From: Tubulanus polymorphus
Taxonomy: Eukaryota; Animalia; Nemertea
Length of the DNA stretch: 64,000 bases
NCBI RefSeq assembly: GCF_964204645.1
Contig: NC_134032.1
Span: 12,574,275 to 12,638,274 of the forward strand
Reading direction: 5' to 3'
Part shown: positions 37,613 through 51,648 of the stretch, one piece after another
How positions within the stretch are numbered: the stretch's first letter is position 1
Layout of the letters: each line of letters opens with the position of its first letter
Program-made: the position numbers and the translations under genes
Notes under the pieces: model-generated
Databases searched by the model: none
What the model was told of the DNA's origin: nothing
Seen by the model: only the letters and a program-made list of their open reading frames with translations

Positions 37613-39921
37613 TCAGTGGCCTTCGTGGATCTTCAGATGACTGACCAGCGCCTCCTTCCTCGAGAACTTCCTCTCGCAGATGGAGCACGCGAACGGCTTC
37701 TCGTCGAGGTGCAAACGCATGTGACGTCGACAATGACTCTGTTGACGGAACGCCTTCGGGCACACGGGACACCGAAACGGTTTCTCGTCCGTGTGCGTCA
37801 ACATGTGCGCCTTCGCGTTCTGATTACGTTTGAACAGTTTATTGCACACCTCGCACTGATACATGAACAATGTTCCTTTCGGTTTGTGCAGATTTTGACG
37901 CAGGTGCTCCTGCAGCGTGCTCGCGCGTGAGAATCGTTTGTCGCACACGTCGCATTTGAATTCCTTGTCCATGTGCACGAGCATGTGGCGCCGGACGTGC
38001 GCCATTTGCGTGAACGCGCGGCTGCAGATTTCGCACTGGTACGGACGTTCGCCGGTGTGCGTTTTTCTGTGCTCGGTTAACGTGCTCTGTTTGCGGAAGG
38101 TTTTGTCGCACAGCGCGCACTCGTACGGCCGAGCGTCCGAGTGTGATTTCACGTGGTGTCGCAATACGTTCGACGTTTTGAAATCTTTACCGCAAATCTG
38201 AAAATAAAATACCGTTTATAGAAATACTATAGGTTTAGTTTGGTCCCACGATACCCAAAGCAGGTGGAGTCTACTGCATTATTGTTAATTTCCCGGTAAA
38301 TGAGATGACCGGTATTTCAGGAACTTACTTTGCAGACGTGGGGGCGTGGCTTATCGGTATGAGTGACACGATGATTGTCTAAATCTCGTTGAGTGCGGAA
38401 CGACTTCTCGCAATCGACGCAAGCGTGCGGTCGCGGTTGACTATGACTCGTTTGATGCGTCGTGAACGTGCGTTCGTCCGAGAACTTGCGGTTGCACAAC
38501 GCGCACCGGAACGGCTGGTCGATCTTGTTGCCGCCGTGGAGCTTCATGTGCGCGACCATCTCGGCGTAGTCGGAGAAACCGTCGGCGCACTTTGCGCACG
38601 AGATCGGATTGGAAATGACGTGAGTGTTCATGTGCGCGCGAAGCTGTTCGGTCGAATCGAACGACACGCGACACTTTTTACAAGTGAACGGAACCGACTC
38701 CGTTTCGACGCTATCCGCACCTGCAAAATAAACAAGTTTAAAATCAGTGAAATTTTGGGGAGATTTTTGCCGCGATTTTTGGTTTTAACTTATCTCACTG
38801 AAAACTGGACCCGAATCAGGTTTTAACTTCTGGGAATCGTTGTCCTCATTGAAACCATGAAGTAATCAATAGTAATTAATTTTGAATCCTCAATGAGGAC
38901 AACAATTCAAACTTAGGTACACAGTTCCTGATTGGCTGGCAATTATGTGAACAACCCCTGCTTCATTCTCAATGCTCATTGGTCAATTTTGAGCAAAACC
39001 TGACTATGTAACAGCTCCAGTGCCAACCTAAGAGTATAATCGTAATAGCAATTGGGAGGCGGCCCCATTATTATTGCGGTGGCAGCCAATATGTTAAAGA
39101 GATTCATAAAACAGTACTCAGGTATCAGAGTACCACCTACAGCCCGAGTAGACACTTTCTCCCTCAGCAGGGATTTCAGTCTGACGGAAACTGGGCCAGG
39201 ACTGACGTGTAACCATTTTACATTAAAACTATTATGAGACTATTATGTCCCGAAGCCCGGAGCGTTCAAAGAGTTAAACATGATACCACGGAGGTTTAGG
39301 GCCTTCGTCGAATTGCACAGCTAACCGGAGAAGGTTTCAACTCAAAAAACGAAAATATGCAATTATGGAGTTCGGCAACGTCGTATTCCAAGCATATAGC
39401 CATTAACAAACCTGAAGTAAAAAAGTGCGCGGTTACAGAGAACTGGTAGAGGATATTGAGAGTGATAAAGACACGATACTGATTGAGTACTTAACCAGCT
39501 CGGGAGTTCGTTCCAAACTCCAGTTTCATAAATATATGTGTTAAGAAGATTCAACTGTTGACGCTATAAGCCCACCTGATGTAACTATATCACTATCCGC
39601 GTCCATTAGTACAATTTTTGGAGTTTCACCGTTTGAATCGGACTGCGTCAGGTGACCTTCGGCATCGTCCGTCCTGATAACGACCTCATTCACGGGAACG
39701 TCATCTTTATCATGAATTACCGAACATAGGACTAAAAGATTATAACAAGATTCCGTATCTTCGCTCTTCCCTTTGTCTTCCTCTTCTGTTGTTGTCGGAG
39801 GCGACGCGGGTTTTTTCGTAGTTTTTTTCGAGGCGGTCGCCTGCGATGAACGGGTCATTCGTAAGCCGAGATCTTCAAGCGTTCTCGCGGAGATCTTGTC
39901 GATAGATTTCGTCGATGTCAT
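37613..39921 (-). CDS. C2H2 (Kruppel-type) zinc-finger protein, 11 fingers, ~440 aa
   Basis: Exons 39576-39921 (ATG; low-complexity/acidic N-terminus), 38329-38720 and 37613-38197, phases 1 and 0 consistent. Finger 5 (HVCK|ICGKDFKTSNVLRHHVKSH) is split by an intron. Linkers TGERPY, TDEKPF, LDEKPF. The first coding exon has an acceptor at 39946. Confidence 0.88.
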
Positions 39922-40496
39922 TTTTTTCGATATGGCGCCGCGAAATCTGAAATTGATATCAAAATCATCATTGAAAAAATTGATATAAAAAACAATGGTT
40001 CATTCAGCCGTGGTATTGAAACTTGAGGTATAGAGAGGTATGTTAATTAATAAAAAGGATGTAATAAAAGAATTTGGCAAAATTCCCTCCCCCCCAAAAA
40101 AATAAAAATATAAGCTCAGTCAGTGATACAAGGAGGGTCTGGCCTTATTAAAGCCAGCAAGGGGTTTATTTCAACAGACGCAGAGGGCCCAAAAAGTTTC
40201 AGACTTAGTACTAGAATTAAACAGTTTCCTCAACTATATTCATGATATGATATGGGTTAGTTCACTCTACTGAAAACAGGTGGCGCCTTACCAAGAAATT
40301 CGATTACTTACCGTATTCCGTGAAAGCTACCTAAATTCAAATACCTTTCGGAATCTTGATGTTTTAAAAAATCCAACTTTTAAACTTGCTAAATTTATCA
40401 AATTAGGTCTGGATGTATATAGATCCCTCCGGTAGTGTGTGTAAATAGTATGTTGTAAATAACGTTTGTTATGTTTCAAAGTGCTTTTATCTACTG

Positions 40497-40596
40497 TTTT
40501 TGTAAATAATTGTAAATACTGTTTCTTTTCCTCCATATACCATGGAAATGGTTGGAGTGTAATAAATATTCGTATTCGTATTCGTATTCGTATTCG
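40497..40596 (+). mobile_element. 3' end of a LINE/SINE with AATAAA and (ATTCGT)n tail; second copy at ~30514-30597
   Basis: TTTTCCTCCATATACCATGGAAAT.GTTGGAGTGTAATAAATATT occurs at both sites; a microsatellite tail is typical of CR1/L2-type elements. Confidence 0.6.
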
Positions 40597-40680
40597 ATTG
40601 AAAAAATGTCGAAAAAACCTTTTCATGAGATGAAAATACATTTCTCTTACATAGAAATTTTGTAAAAATTCAGAACTCAC

Positions 40681-40760
40681 TCCTTATGAAAGTTGACGGC
40701 GATGGTACTCTACAGATGTCGAGAAAAACAGCAAAACTTGGAAAAAATGACCAAATGACG
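40681..40760 (-). other. Probable non-coding 5' UTR exon of the zinc-finger gene
   Basis: GTGAGT donor at 40680 on the minus strand can splice to the TTTCAG acceptor at 39946. An in-frame TAG and no ATG in this exon. ETS-like CCGGAA and CCAAT motifs just upstream (40778-41075). The 5' boundary is a guess. Confidence 0.45.
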
Positions 40761-41760
40761 GGTCAAATTTCACTTATCCGGAAACTGAAAAAAAGTACCA
40801 TGTCGCCATAAACATGAAGGAGTTCCCCAATTCAAATTATCTTTATTCTTCCTGAGATCAAATTAATTAAATTAAGCTAGTTTGTTATCGAATTTACGAA
40901 TCACTTTGCATAACAAATTCGATAAAAGTTAATTCTTTTGAGGGAAGCTGGCCATCTCTTCAATTTTCATTGGCTAAAATCGTTAACTTTCCTTTCAGTT
41001 TTACAAAGATAAGGTCTAGCGCTGTTCATTATGAGTTTTCCGGTTTGCTCGGTTTAGTCTAGAGAGGCCAATGAAAACCCCGGTTTGCTGAACTACCCCT
41101 CTTTGCGGGGATGCGGTATGATGTTGATCTGACAGTTTCAAGGTGTTTCAAGTGCTTACAACGATGCTTATTACTTCGTGGTACATGGTGGTTTAAAAAA
41201 AGATTTCATAATAACGCTCACCGCGTGGGTTTCGTAAAAAGACCACTGCCTGTGGCCTTCCCAAATTTTAATTGTCATGTCCGATTTGGTTTCGTCCAAT
41301 TGAGAGACTGCCTTTTCCAGTTATGGCATTTTTGGATCACATAACTCAGGAAATGACTTACGCTTTTGGGCCCCTTCGTCACGGTCGGTTCCACATGTTT
41401 CATTTGAGCTATAGACCACAATGGTGACACCATGATGGTCAGAAACTGACCAATTGAGATATCCCCGAGTCTGACCACTTGACTTCGAATTTCGGAAATC
41501 TTTCAAGTCATGTTTGTTTTCAAACTACTGAAGAATCATTGCAAATTCATAAACGACCATCACTGACCACTACTGACAAATTCAAACTCCTTGAATTTGA
41601 AAACTATATACCGCGTTATGGTGTCAAACTAGAAAGGATTCGCCATAAATATTGAGAATTCATAAATTGACCATCACTGACCACCACTGACCAATTCATG
41701 CTTCTCGAATATGAGAACGATACCACGTTACAGTGTCAAACTAGAAAGGATTCGCCATCA

Positions 41761-42296
41761 GGACACCCCTGTACATCCTCTATTCAGCATCACCACTCTG
41801 AATCAGCATCAGTAATTACTGGGTTCGAACCCGGGACACCCCGGTACATCCTCCATTCAGCATCAGGGCCACTCTGAATCAGTATCAGTAATTACTGGGT
41901 TTGAACCCGGGACATCCCCGTGCATCCTCTATTCAGCATCAGTACCGCTCTGAATCAGTTATCAGTAATTACTTTTGTTTAAGATAGCAACATTTACCGT
42001 ACGGTGCTGCCTCTATGCTCATCGTTAGCGGGATTTTTATACACTAACGTTAGTTAACTCTGGCAAGCTAAGGTCACGGAGTATAACTGGACAGGACGTC
42101 GATTGCCAGAGTTGACTTTAGTTAGTGTATGAAAATCCCGCTAACGATGAGCATAGCGGCAGCACTGTACGGTCGGGATACCCCTGTGCATCCTTTATTC
42201 AGCATCAGGACAACTCTGAATCAGTATCAGTAATTACTGGGTTTGAACCCGGGACACCCCTGTACATCCTCTATTCAGCATCAGTACCACTCTGAA
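41761..42296 (+). repeat. ~70-75 bp tandem repeat (about 5 units) containing a B-box-like GGTTCGAACCC
   Basis: Unit GGACACCCCTGTACATCCTCTATTCAGCATCAGTACCACTCTGAATCAGTATCAGTAATTACTGGGTT(C/T)GAACCCG, interrupted by the MITE. Confidence 0.85.
41996..42173. mobile_element. Fold-back MITE with ~75-bp arms inserted in a tandem array
   Basis: ACCGTACGGTGCTGCCTCTATGCTCATCGTTAGCGGGATTTT...AAAATCCCGCTAACGATGAGCATAGCGGCAGCACTGTACGGT. TA-C(A/G)GTG ends suggest Tc1/mariner. Confidence 0.7.
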
Positions 42297-42302
42297 CAAA
42301 AC

Positions 42303-42866
42303 TCTAAGCCATTTGTTAATGAGCAATTTGTCCTAGCTATATATATGATAAGTCAGTTAATCAATAATCATAGCGCAAATCAAGGCGCATAGTATGGCTA
42401 TGGGGAATGATTTGAATCAATTTAAGGTTTGTTTCATTCTAGATTTGTCAAAGTGCTGAGACGTAATCATAGTTTCTAAAAGATCCGCAGTCCATAGTTT
42501 TCCCCATATTACACCAGATCTCGATAGAGCCCTAGACACTATTTTATACATCTTTCCCCCAGAAATTCATTAATGCAATGGGTAAAGCAGCACATAATAT
42601 ATACTGTAAAGTGCCTGAATGTTTATAAATGTATCAATATACTATTTGTAAAAAAATCTATTAACTGACGATGAAGTTTAATTGATATATATCTTTACAA
42701 GTAAAGCCAGCCTAAATGTATACGGGGCCCTAAAATATCTACACCAGAAGAATTTCTCGTCAAACATTATAAGATATTGAATGATTGCTAATATCTAAGC
42801 GATTGGTTAATTAATTAGTAAATTTTCGTATCTTGATTGTCAGTTAAACAATTGTCATATGAGGCC
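42303..42866 (+). repeat. ~565-bp direct duplication, copy 1
   Basis: Near-identical to 51649-52216, from TCTAAGCCATTTGTTAATGAGC to GTCATATGAGGC. Confidence 0.9.
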
Positions 42867-45800
42867 TGAAATATCTACGGTACATTCGAAAAATTTCAAA
42901 TGTCACATAAGATATTGAATTTACCTTAATTGTACATACTTAAAAAAATCTGAATTAATAACTGACCAATCTTCATTTTAATTATCAGCCAAAGTAGGCC
43001 TAAAATTGATTTTTGAATCGTAGTTAGGCCCGCTGTACTTCTGGCTGGTCATAGCGTCAACAACTGTCAACGGACCCAGTGTAACTCACAAAGTCGTATT
43101 GGTTTTTTGGCGTTGATATAATCACATAAGCATGTCTTCCGAACGCGTAAAAGCTTGTCAGCGGACCAGTTGGTGGGATCATTTATTGGATGAAGTAGAT
43201 TGCAAGAATAAAACACACAGGCTCGTATCAGAGTTGTAGGTAGTGTAAAAACGATAATCTGTTAATACAGTGCCTACATGTATAATGTATATAAAATAAC
43301 AATATACAAGCCCCTGGGGAATATAATACCATTGGGATCCTGGGTGAAACTGATTGGTCAACAACAATACCCAGGACCCAGTTTCATAACTCTTAAATCG
43401 ATTTAGGCCTCAATCCAAGAGTTGCTATATTAAACTTAACAAATTTCAAAATCAATCATATTTATTCTCATACAGCAATTATACAAAATGCCAGGAGTGC
43501 TCGAGGAATTATAATGTAAGCTCCTCAAACACGTGGACTTTCAAAAATAACTAGTCCAACCACCGTAGGCGTATAAACTATAAACGAGAGTTTATACGCT
43601 CATGGTCCAAACATAGACTCTAAAACAGAAAAGTCTATGGCCCAACCATGGACTCTTAAACTGTAAGAGTCCATGGCTCCCCGCACTAAAACCAGAGATA
43701 AACCTGGCCAAATACTCTGGAAAGCGTAGGATTAAGTAATCAATCTGATTTACATTTTTACATCATTTTATTTTCACATATCATATTATTAACTTTTAGC
43801 TTATTTTCTCAAATTTCAATAGTAATTTTATTTCTATTACTATGAATGAAATTGTAATAACTCTAAACCACAAAAGTAACATGTAAAGTATTTCGAAGTT
43901 TTAATATACAATACATTTCCACTACTACTGATTTTATATAATTTGCATCAATAGGAAAATAACAAAAATACACAAAGAATTATAAACTTTTATCCATAAA
44001 ACACAGAAAATTGGACTAGTCTGAAAGTCTAGATTATGAATTTGACAATTCATGAGGTCAATGTAACCGACACTTTGTTATATTTGATGAAATATGAATC
44101 TACCGTGTCAACTTTTCAAATGACATTTAATTATCCAGAAAAAGCTCAACTAGATTCCGTACGACCTTAATTCAGCGTTTTGAGAACAATTGACATGAAC
44201 ATTTCGTTTTTGATAACATTATTTTAAAAGATGACTAGACTTTTGCCACCTTTGCCTTGTCTTGAGATTTTCAGACATGATCAAATTGGTTATTTTCTCA
44301 AATGTTACATTTAATGCAAAGTATTTTGGAGGCATTCTCTTCTATGCATTCAGCAAGATAAATCGAGTATATAAATATTGTTCAACTGTCAATTTGAACA
44401 CAGCTAGGTCAATGACTAATAACTTATTGCTTAGATATCTACAATTAAGTTAGATTCAATAATTTTTTGAGGTGCTTCTCGTGCAGATATTTCAGGACCC
44501 ATATAGACATTGTTAAGCCATGGTTTTAGAGTCCATATATAGCTAGCACAATTTACTGATTAATACTGTTCATATATCCTCATTAATCAAGAGAATGCTC
44601 CTCTATTTTGCTCCTCCATTTTCCATAAGGACCTTAATAAAAATAGTATTTAATGAACCACTGCACCACAGTGAAAAAGTTGCAATACACGTAACTGAAC
44701 AATTGAAAAGTTTTAACATGAATGACGAACACGTATGTCGTTTTTTTAATGAGTTATTTAAAAACAGTTCAGAATAAAAACATGAATACATTACACCTAC
44801 AAAGTCACTCACACTCTGGAGAGCGTAAAGTTAACTAATTAATCTTACTTATTAAAAGAAACCAAAAAACATTGCCAAATTTTCCTTGTCTTTAAGAGAT
44901 TTCTTCAAACATTATCAACTAGCTTATTTCACAAATATTACATTTGAAATATAGCAGGGTCCGATCTAAGCACTAGTTCAATTGCCCGGGACAAGTATAT
45001 TTTCATTAGGGCATGTAGGTTATCATTATCGCTCATCCACCGGGCTTGTGTAATTCTATATCTCAAAGCTTTTATCCCACTCGATGCAAGGGATGATGTC
45101 ACAATCGGACTGCTCATGTAGGGCACGTTGAGGGGGCAAGCGATATTACATATTATGCTTGCCCTGCGGTCGAATGGCATTTATTCCTTAGATCAAACCC
45201 TGCAAACTATTATAAAGGAAATTCTTCTTGTCCAGACATTACAGGCCCCACACAGACGCGGTTAAACCGATAATCAAAACAATTAAGCTAGGACGATTGG
45301 CCAATTAGCACTGCATCCACAAGTTATCCTCTATTTTCGACAGGGCCTTAATTAAATCAGTATTTTATGAACGACTGATAAGCACCAAAGTGAAATTGTT
45401 GCTATAAAACTTAACAACTGAAAAGTTTCAACATGAATGATGAAAATGTACATTGTTTTATTCACACAACAATAATATCTTAATCGAGGAATCATCATGT
45501 AAGTTCCTAATTTACAAACACGTGAACTGTATTACAATAACAGTCTCTAACATAAAGCGTTAAAGCTAGAGATGAAACATACTGATTCACTCCAGAAATC
45601 TTGGAGTATCAATTTATCATTCTTAATTTCTTTTTCGTAAACATTACTTTAACTTGAAAACTAAAATTTTGCCAACTTTGCCCCGACTTAAAGATTTTCA
45701 AGCACCTTGGCAATAAATACTAACTATTCTGACGTTTTTTCTTCCAGTTTTGAAAACATCAACATAATCATACAATCGGTAACTAATCAATAACATCAAT

Positions 45801-48519
45801 AACTTAAGTTTATAGCTGTTTTAAATTCTTTCTAAAAAGTAAAATGTATGTACATGATTTTAGATAGTAAGTCTGCCCCGTAAGTCTACCCCAGTATAAC
45901 AATAAACAGTCACAGCAGTGATTGAGCGCAGCTAGTTCTAAGGACGGGTCGATCTTTCATCACAGTTATTCAAAGCATTCTATCATATCAGTTATTTTTT
46001 TAAGTGTATTCGATTTAGTTAAGATTTATAGTTATTTGTTTTATTAATTACAATAACTGAGTTGATAGAAGGCTAAAAACAACAACAGAAAAGATCTCGG
46101 GTTTTCGCTATACTTAGGGAAGGTTGTTCGATAAATGAGAAAACCTTATTGATAAATATTTGAAAAAATGCCTTTTCAAGTAAATAGAGTATTAATTTGT
46201 TGTTTGTTTGTATTGTTGCTTATTATTATATCTATTTTTAAAAAATATTATTCATTTATTTATGAACCTATATTTTGTATTATTTACTATCTATTATTTA
46301 TAATTTTTTATTTATTGGTTTTTCTTATTTATTCATGTACTTGTATTTTGTATCATGTATTATACTCCTCTATTTACAACTGCAGGCATTTTTTCACAGT
46401 AAAGTTCTGGGCCCATTTTAAAAAAGCACTACTAATTCACTGCCGCTTCTTAATAATCATTATACACCCGATTTGAAGCTAAGTGATTATTCACGAGCGC
46501 CATCTAGTGATATGGATTTACCCATTACAATAAAAGAAGTTCAAACAGCTATAAACAATGTTAAAACGTTCAAAATTAGTCCTAGCTATAACTTTAGCTT
46601 TACCTCTCAAAAGTAAATATGGTCTCTTTTTAGATAAAGCTTTTGCTTTCAAATACGTAGCATCGAACAGATTGATGGAGGCTCAAAGTTAAAACTCCAT
46701 CGACATATATGATTCATTTCTCAAATTGGTTACACGGACCTTCGCAAATATCAATGCCATCAAATTAGTACATCTACAATTCTGCAAATACTTATTATTT
46801 GTACATAGAACGTTATGTTCTATGTTTCCTAACCATGTGATATCTACAGGGCAAAGCCACTGTGTTGACTCTGTTGAACTATGGTAAGCACATAATAAAA
46901 CTTACAATATCATGTTGAAACTATATCTCAGTTTAGGCGTTAACTCAACAGACCTACGACTCAAAACTAGGCGCTCGACCATTTACTCCTAGTGACTAAC
47001 CAACTCGACTTATCTATCAACCTAAGATCGAAGACCAATATCGTGAATCAATGGAGCTTAGCTTTTATTAGACTCTAAGAAGGATATTTCTGTCACATTG
47101 CAAAACACATGACACATCTTTTTACAAACTCATTATAAAATAGTTTTCTCTATATTGAAATATTCAAACGTAGAGTTCCTTTCCCAGGCCAAAGGAACCT
47201 AATTATCTAACTAATTATCTAACTTTTTCCAATATTCGACTCAACAACTATTTTCATACTCCATTCCACGCAATCAGGTAAATTTCTTAAACTATGTTAC
47301 CTATCGGACTGGTCTGAAAAAGGGTGATATTAGTAAAAAAATCAATACTTTACTACAGAGGTCTTTGCCGCTGCTAGATCTCAGTGTTCATGAGATAAAC
47401 CATTGTCTTTGCTGCTTCGGTGTTTATCCTGAATCAGATTTTATAAGATAATCCATTGTCTTTGCTGCGCGAATCAGTGTTTATAAGATACACTATAATT
47501 TCTGCTGCTCCTGATAAAATGTTTTATAGAAATCAACCACCGATTGTAGAAGATTCCATCGTTGAGCGATTAATCCGTCGCTGGCTCCTAAACTCATCTG
47601 GGCTTCTGCAGTTTTCATCAGCAAATGGGTCAATGGGTATTTGTCTACTTGTGTCTTCTTCAGGCCATTATTTCCGGGACGTAGTTTGACTGAAACAAAG
47701 TGAAGAAAGCAAAACATTTTAGACAGATTTATCATAACTTACATGTCATTTCAAATTACAAGCCACCGTGTTTTTCACTTAGTTAATATAGTTATTTCCA
47801 AAATCAGAATTAGGTTCATTGACGTCAATTGCCGATTTAAACCCCAATAAATAATTGCAGTAGTAGGACTAGTTCATCAATGTTTAAGCTTGGAGTAATC
47901 ATTTGAAAAATTTATCACTCCAAGGTGTAAAGATAAAAGTTCTAAGATCAGCCATGTGGACAGGTAAATAGATGTCGATGATAATCACTGATCAAATGAT
48001 ATTCATATGAGGCCTGAAATTTCTATATACCGGTAATTTCCATCTAATGAGTTTGATTCTTCTGTGGGTTGTTCAAATCTGTAGATTTCAGATGAGTAGT
48101 TGATTTTAAGCTGGTCTCTTTCTTATAGTTGAAACTTAGCTGCAATGAGTAAATAAATATATCCTGTAATCACGACATTTAGAAATCATCGTAATAACTC
48201 CATGTATATCAAGTTACCTATTATGATTGCTGGTTTCATCATCGACGAGGATCTCCTAAGTCGGTTGGTTTCTGTGCACTGTTTTCTCTAATTGGCAGAC
48301 TTTTTATGAGTTGTTGACCTCAAGCTCTCCTTTGACTTTTCGAGTTGGTGTCCCTTACAAGCCTACCACACCTGCCGGGAGCGATAAGGCGGTTTTTTTT
48401 TCAAAATCGGAAATCGAAGTACAGATATAGTTGCGTGATCGGCGGACGTTTTTACAGATCTTTTTTTTAAGTCCAAGAACATAATTGGTAATTCGGTTCC
48501 GGTTCATTCAAACAATCTT

Positions 48520-49322
48520 TTATTCTGCCTAATTCTGATTTTGGAAATAACTATATTGTTGAAGATAATTTTACAATATTTGGTCTTTTTTTAATGTAAC
48601 TAGTCCGAAAGTTTACAATGTTTAATAATTTTGTCTAACTTCAATTTTTTTGGTCGTTTTCACCGTTTAAAGAGTCGAAGCACATATTAAGTGACTGATT
48701 GGGGTTAACTTTTTTTCTGCCTAATTTAATACATCGAGATTTTGGAAATAACTATATTTTACAATATTTGGTCTTGTTTTCATGTAACTAGTCCGAAAGT
48801 TTACAAGGTTGTATAATTTTATCTATTTTTTTCTGCCTAATTTAATACATCGAGATTTTGGAAATAACTATATTTTACAATATTTGGTCTTTTTTTATGT
48901 AACTAGTCCGAAAGTTTACAAGGTTGAATAATTTTATCTATTTTTTTCTGCCTAATTCAATACATCGAGATTTTGGAAATAACTATATTTTACAATATTT
49001 GGTCTTTTTTTCATGTAACTAGTCCGAAAGGTTACAAGGTTGAATAATTTTATCTATTTTTTTCTGCCTAATTGAATACATCGAGATTTTGGGAATAACT
49101 ACATTTTACAATATTTGGTCTTTTTTTCATGTAACTAGTCCGAAAGGTTACAAGGTTGAATAATTTTGTCTATTTTTTTTCTGCCTAATTGAATGCATCG
49201 AGATTGTGAAAATAACTATATTTTACAATATTTGGTCTTTTTTTCATGTAACTAGTCCGAAAGTTTACAAGGTGGGAGAATTTTGTCTAACTTTAATTTT
49301 TTTGTCATTTTCACCGTTTAAA
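48520..49322 (+). repeat. ~116-bp tandem repeat, 5 full units plus a diverged lead unit
   Basis: CTGCCTAATT recurs at ~48525, 48717, 48833, 48948, 49064, 49181 with GGAAATAACTATATTTTACAATATTTGGTC...GTAACTAGTCCGAAAG. Confidence 0.9.
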
Positions 49323-51648
49323 TTTGTCTAATTTTTTAAAGTTTATTGTAGTTTTTCTCGAGTTTGTCTGAAATCGGAGTACATAATTGGGAAATTTGAT
49401 TCCGGTTCATTCAAACTATCTTCCAATCAGTCTGAAACGGCAAGCTGAAGAAAAGAGCAGAACCTTTTGAGCAGAAAATCCTTTCGAATATCACTGATCA
49501 TAATAATCATGTCAATTCATATATAAGATCAGCAATATGGATCGATACGTAGATTTTAATAATAGTCTTAAATGATATTTATGAAATTCAACGCATATAG
49601 TAATTCATCTATATTCTAAATATCTAAGCAATGGTTGATTATTATAGTTTAACAACAATTCAACTAAAGCATCTATAGTCATCTCTAGGAATACCAGAGT
49701 TACAACAAATTTAGTAATGCATAATCAATCTTATTAAATCGTTTTTGAACTGTTTTCTCTTCTATCTTCTTGAAATTCTTGATGTGTCTTTTATTGAAAC
49801 CCAGGCCCATCATACAGTGCAAACGTGCTAGTAATATTGGCCTATATATATTTCGATTGTCAGCTAAACCATGTTCGTATTATCAAGTTTACTTCATCGT
49901 CAGTTAATAAACTTAAGAGATGTTTTCTACCCACAGATGGCGACATCTGTACCCAGTGAATGGTATTCTAATCCATTTCATTAATTCTAAATATTGCTCC
50001 TAATATATACAATGATTTTGTAATTATGATAATATAACTAACTGAAGAGTGAGTGCGCTGCCAGCATTGAGCACACTGATCCTATAAGTAACATGGTTCT
50101 ACAGATTTAAGAAACCTCGAATCATTCCCACAACTCGACAAATCCAGAATTCTGCAAAGCCTTAAAGATTCAATAAATCCCACGCACAAGAGACAGAGTT
50201 AAAACATACCCAGTATTCTTTATATATCAATTAATATTAAATAAAACAGTTGTCTTATCAACCCCTATGGTTTAGATTTGAGCACTTTTGCCTTATATTA
50301 AGATGCTGAATTGGATACCAAATCAATTAATTAATTGATAATGTCCTTAATGTCCTAGCTATAATTGAAATTGTCTCGGACAATATTTTATATGGGGCTT
50401 GAAATTTCTACACGAGAAGAATTTCAGATCTGGTACGAATTTGAATTAATCACTATTTGAAAAGCTGATTTTGCATCAGAGCTTTTGATACCTAGCTTAA
50501 CTAACCCAGAATCATCCAAAACCTAACTGATTCAACAGATCCCACACACATGTGGCCCAGTTAGACGCAGATGACATTGCGCGATACAGTCGTCTCATCC
50601 ACTGTGCAATTTTGAATAAGTTTCACTTATATTCATTACATTGAATTAATTTTAATCAAATTCTAGGTATCTAAGCGAACCATTAATTAGTAATCATACT
50701 AGCTATATTTTAATTGTCAGTTGAACAATATTTATATGGAGCCTGAAAATCTACATGAGTAGAATTTCAGATGTGGTGAATTCGTCACTATTTGAATTCA
50801 TCAGAAATTAAAGATAAATATAGCACATTTTTAGTGGTAAATTAGAAATTCCCTTAGCCGAATGGCTATATAATCTTTATTTCCCTTATATAGTACACTG
50901 TGTATAAGGACCAAAAGACCTTGTTATGACCGGACCTCCCTGGTGCGGTGCGATTCATGATGCTAGAAAATAGTTTGAAGGAGAGGGGTTAGTAAAAGAG
51001 AGCTATTAGCAAGAGGAATAAGACCTAAGTTTAGGATATCCTGTCAGAATAAGGCTCTCAATCTGACATACACAGTGAAATTGAAATAATCCCCCTTCCA
51101 AATTCAGGAATGTATTTGTGCACAGATTTGTTTTATCTCCCTTCGATCGGAAGTAAATCTGCGTTAATACAGCTGTATGAAGACACAATAGGTTCACTAG
51201 ATACAGATAAATAAATGTGCTCAGATACACATGTATCAGCTTTAAATGTCCATGGACCTGAATTAAAAATATTTTCACATAACAATTGAATTTACCTTAA
51301 TTGTAGATATCTTAGTAATACGTTAATGAGTAATTCAAGCTATATTCTAATTGACAGTTAAACTACATCTATTATGCGTCACTCGACACACAGTGTGTCT
51401 TTTAGATATTATTTGAATCAGTTAAGTTTTGGTAAATTTTGGCAATATTGAACAGCATGACCAGTCGCCGTAAGTACGGCAGTTTGAGATGCAAGTACTG
51501 ATCAGTCGATGAAACTGATTCAGATGTGCTCATACATATATCAGCTATATTTAATGTTCAGTTTAACAACATTTATATTATGGACCTGTATTACATATAG
51601 TTTTTGATCTTACATGAAATATTGATTGTGGAATCTTAATTATGGATA

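Noticed and set aside
37530-38826. Overlapping ORFs in other frames and on the plus strand over the zinc-finger exons
   Set aside because: Shadows of the GC-rich, periodic zinc-finger coding sequence; no domain features.
39363-39554. ORF containing VWNELP
   Set aside because: At most a short CR1/L2 LINE C-terminal remnant in the zinc-finger intron; too short to call.
41761-42296. CRISPR-like appearance of regular repeats (also 48520-49322, 61823-62425, 43554-43675)
   Set aside because: Eukaryotic DNA, no cas genes, and the long arrays have no unique spacers; these are tandem repeats or stacked insertions.
42664-42690. CTGACGATGAAG as another hammerhead core (also reverse at ~49892 and a variant at ~52013)
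   Set aside because: No paired stem II followed by GAAA.
46168-46476. 102-aa hydrophobic ORF
   Set aside because: AT-rich low-complexity sequence giving F/I/L/Y codons; no splice or domain support.
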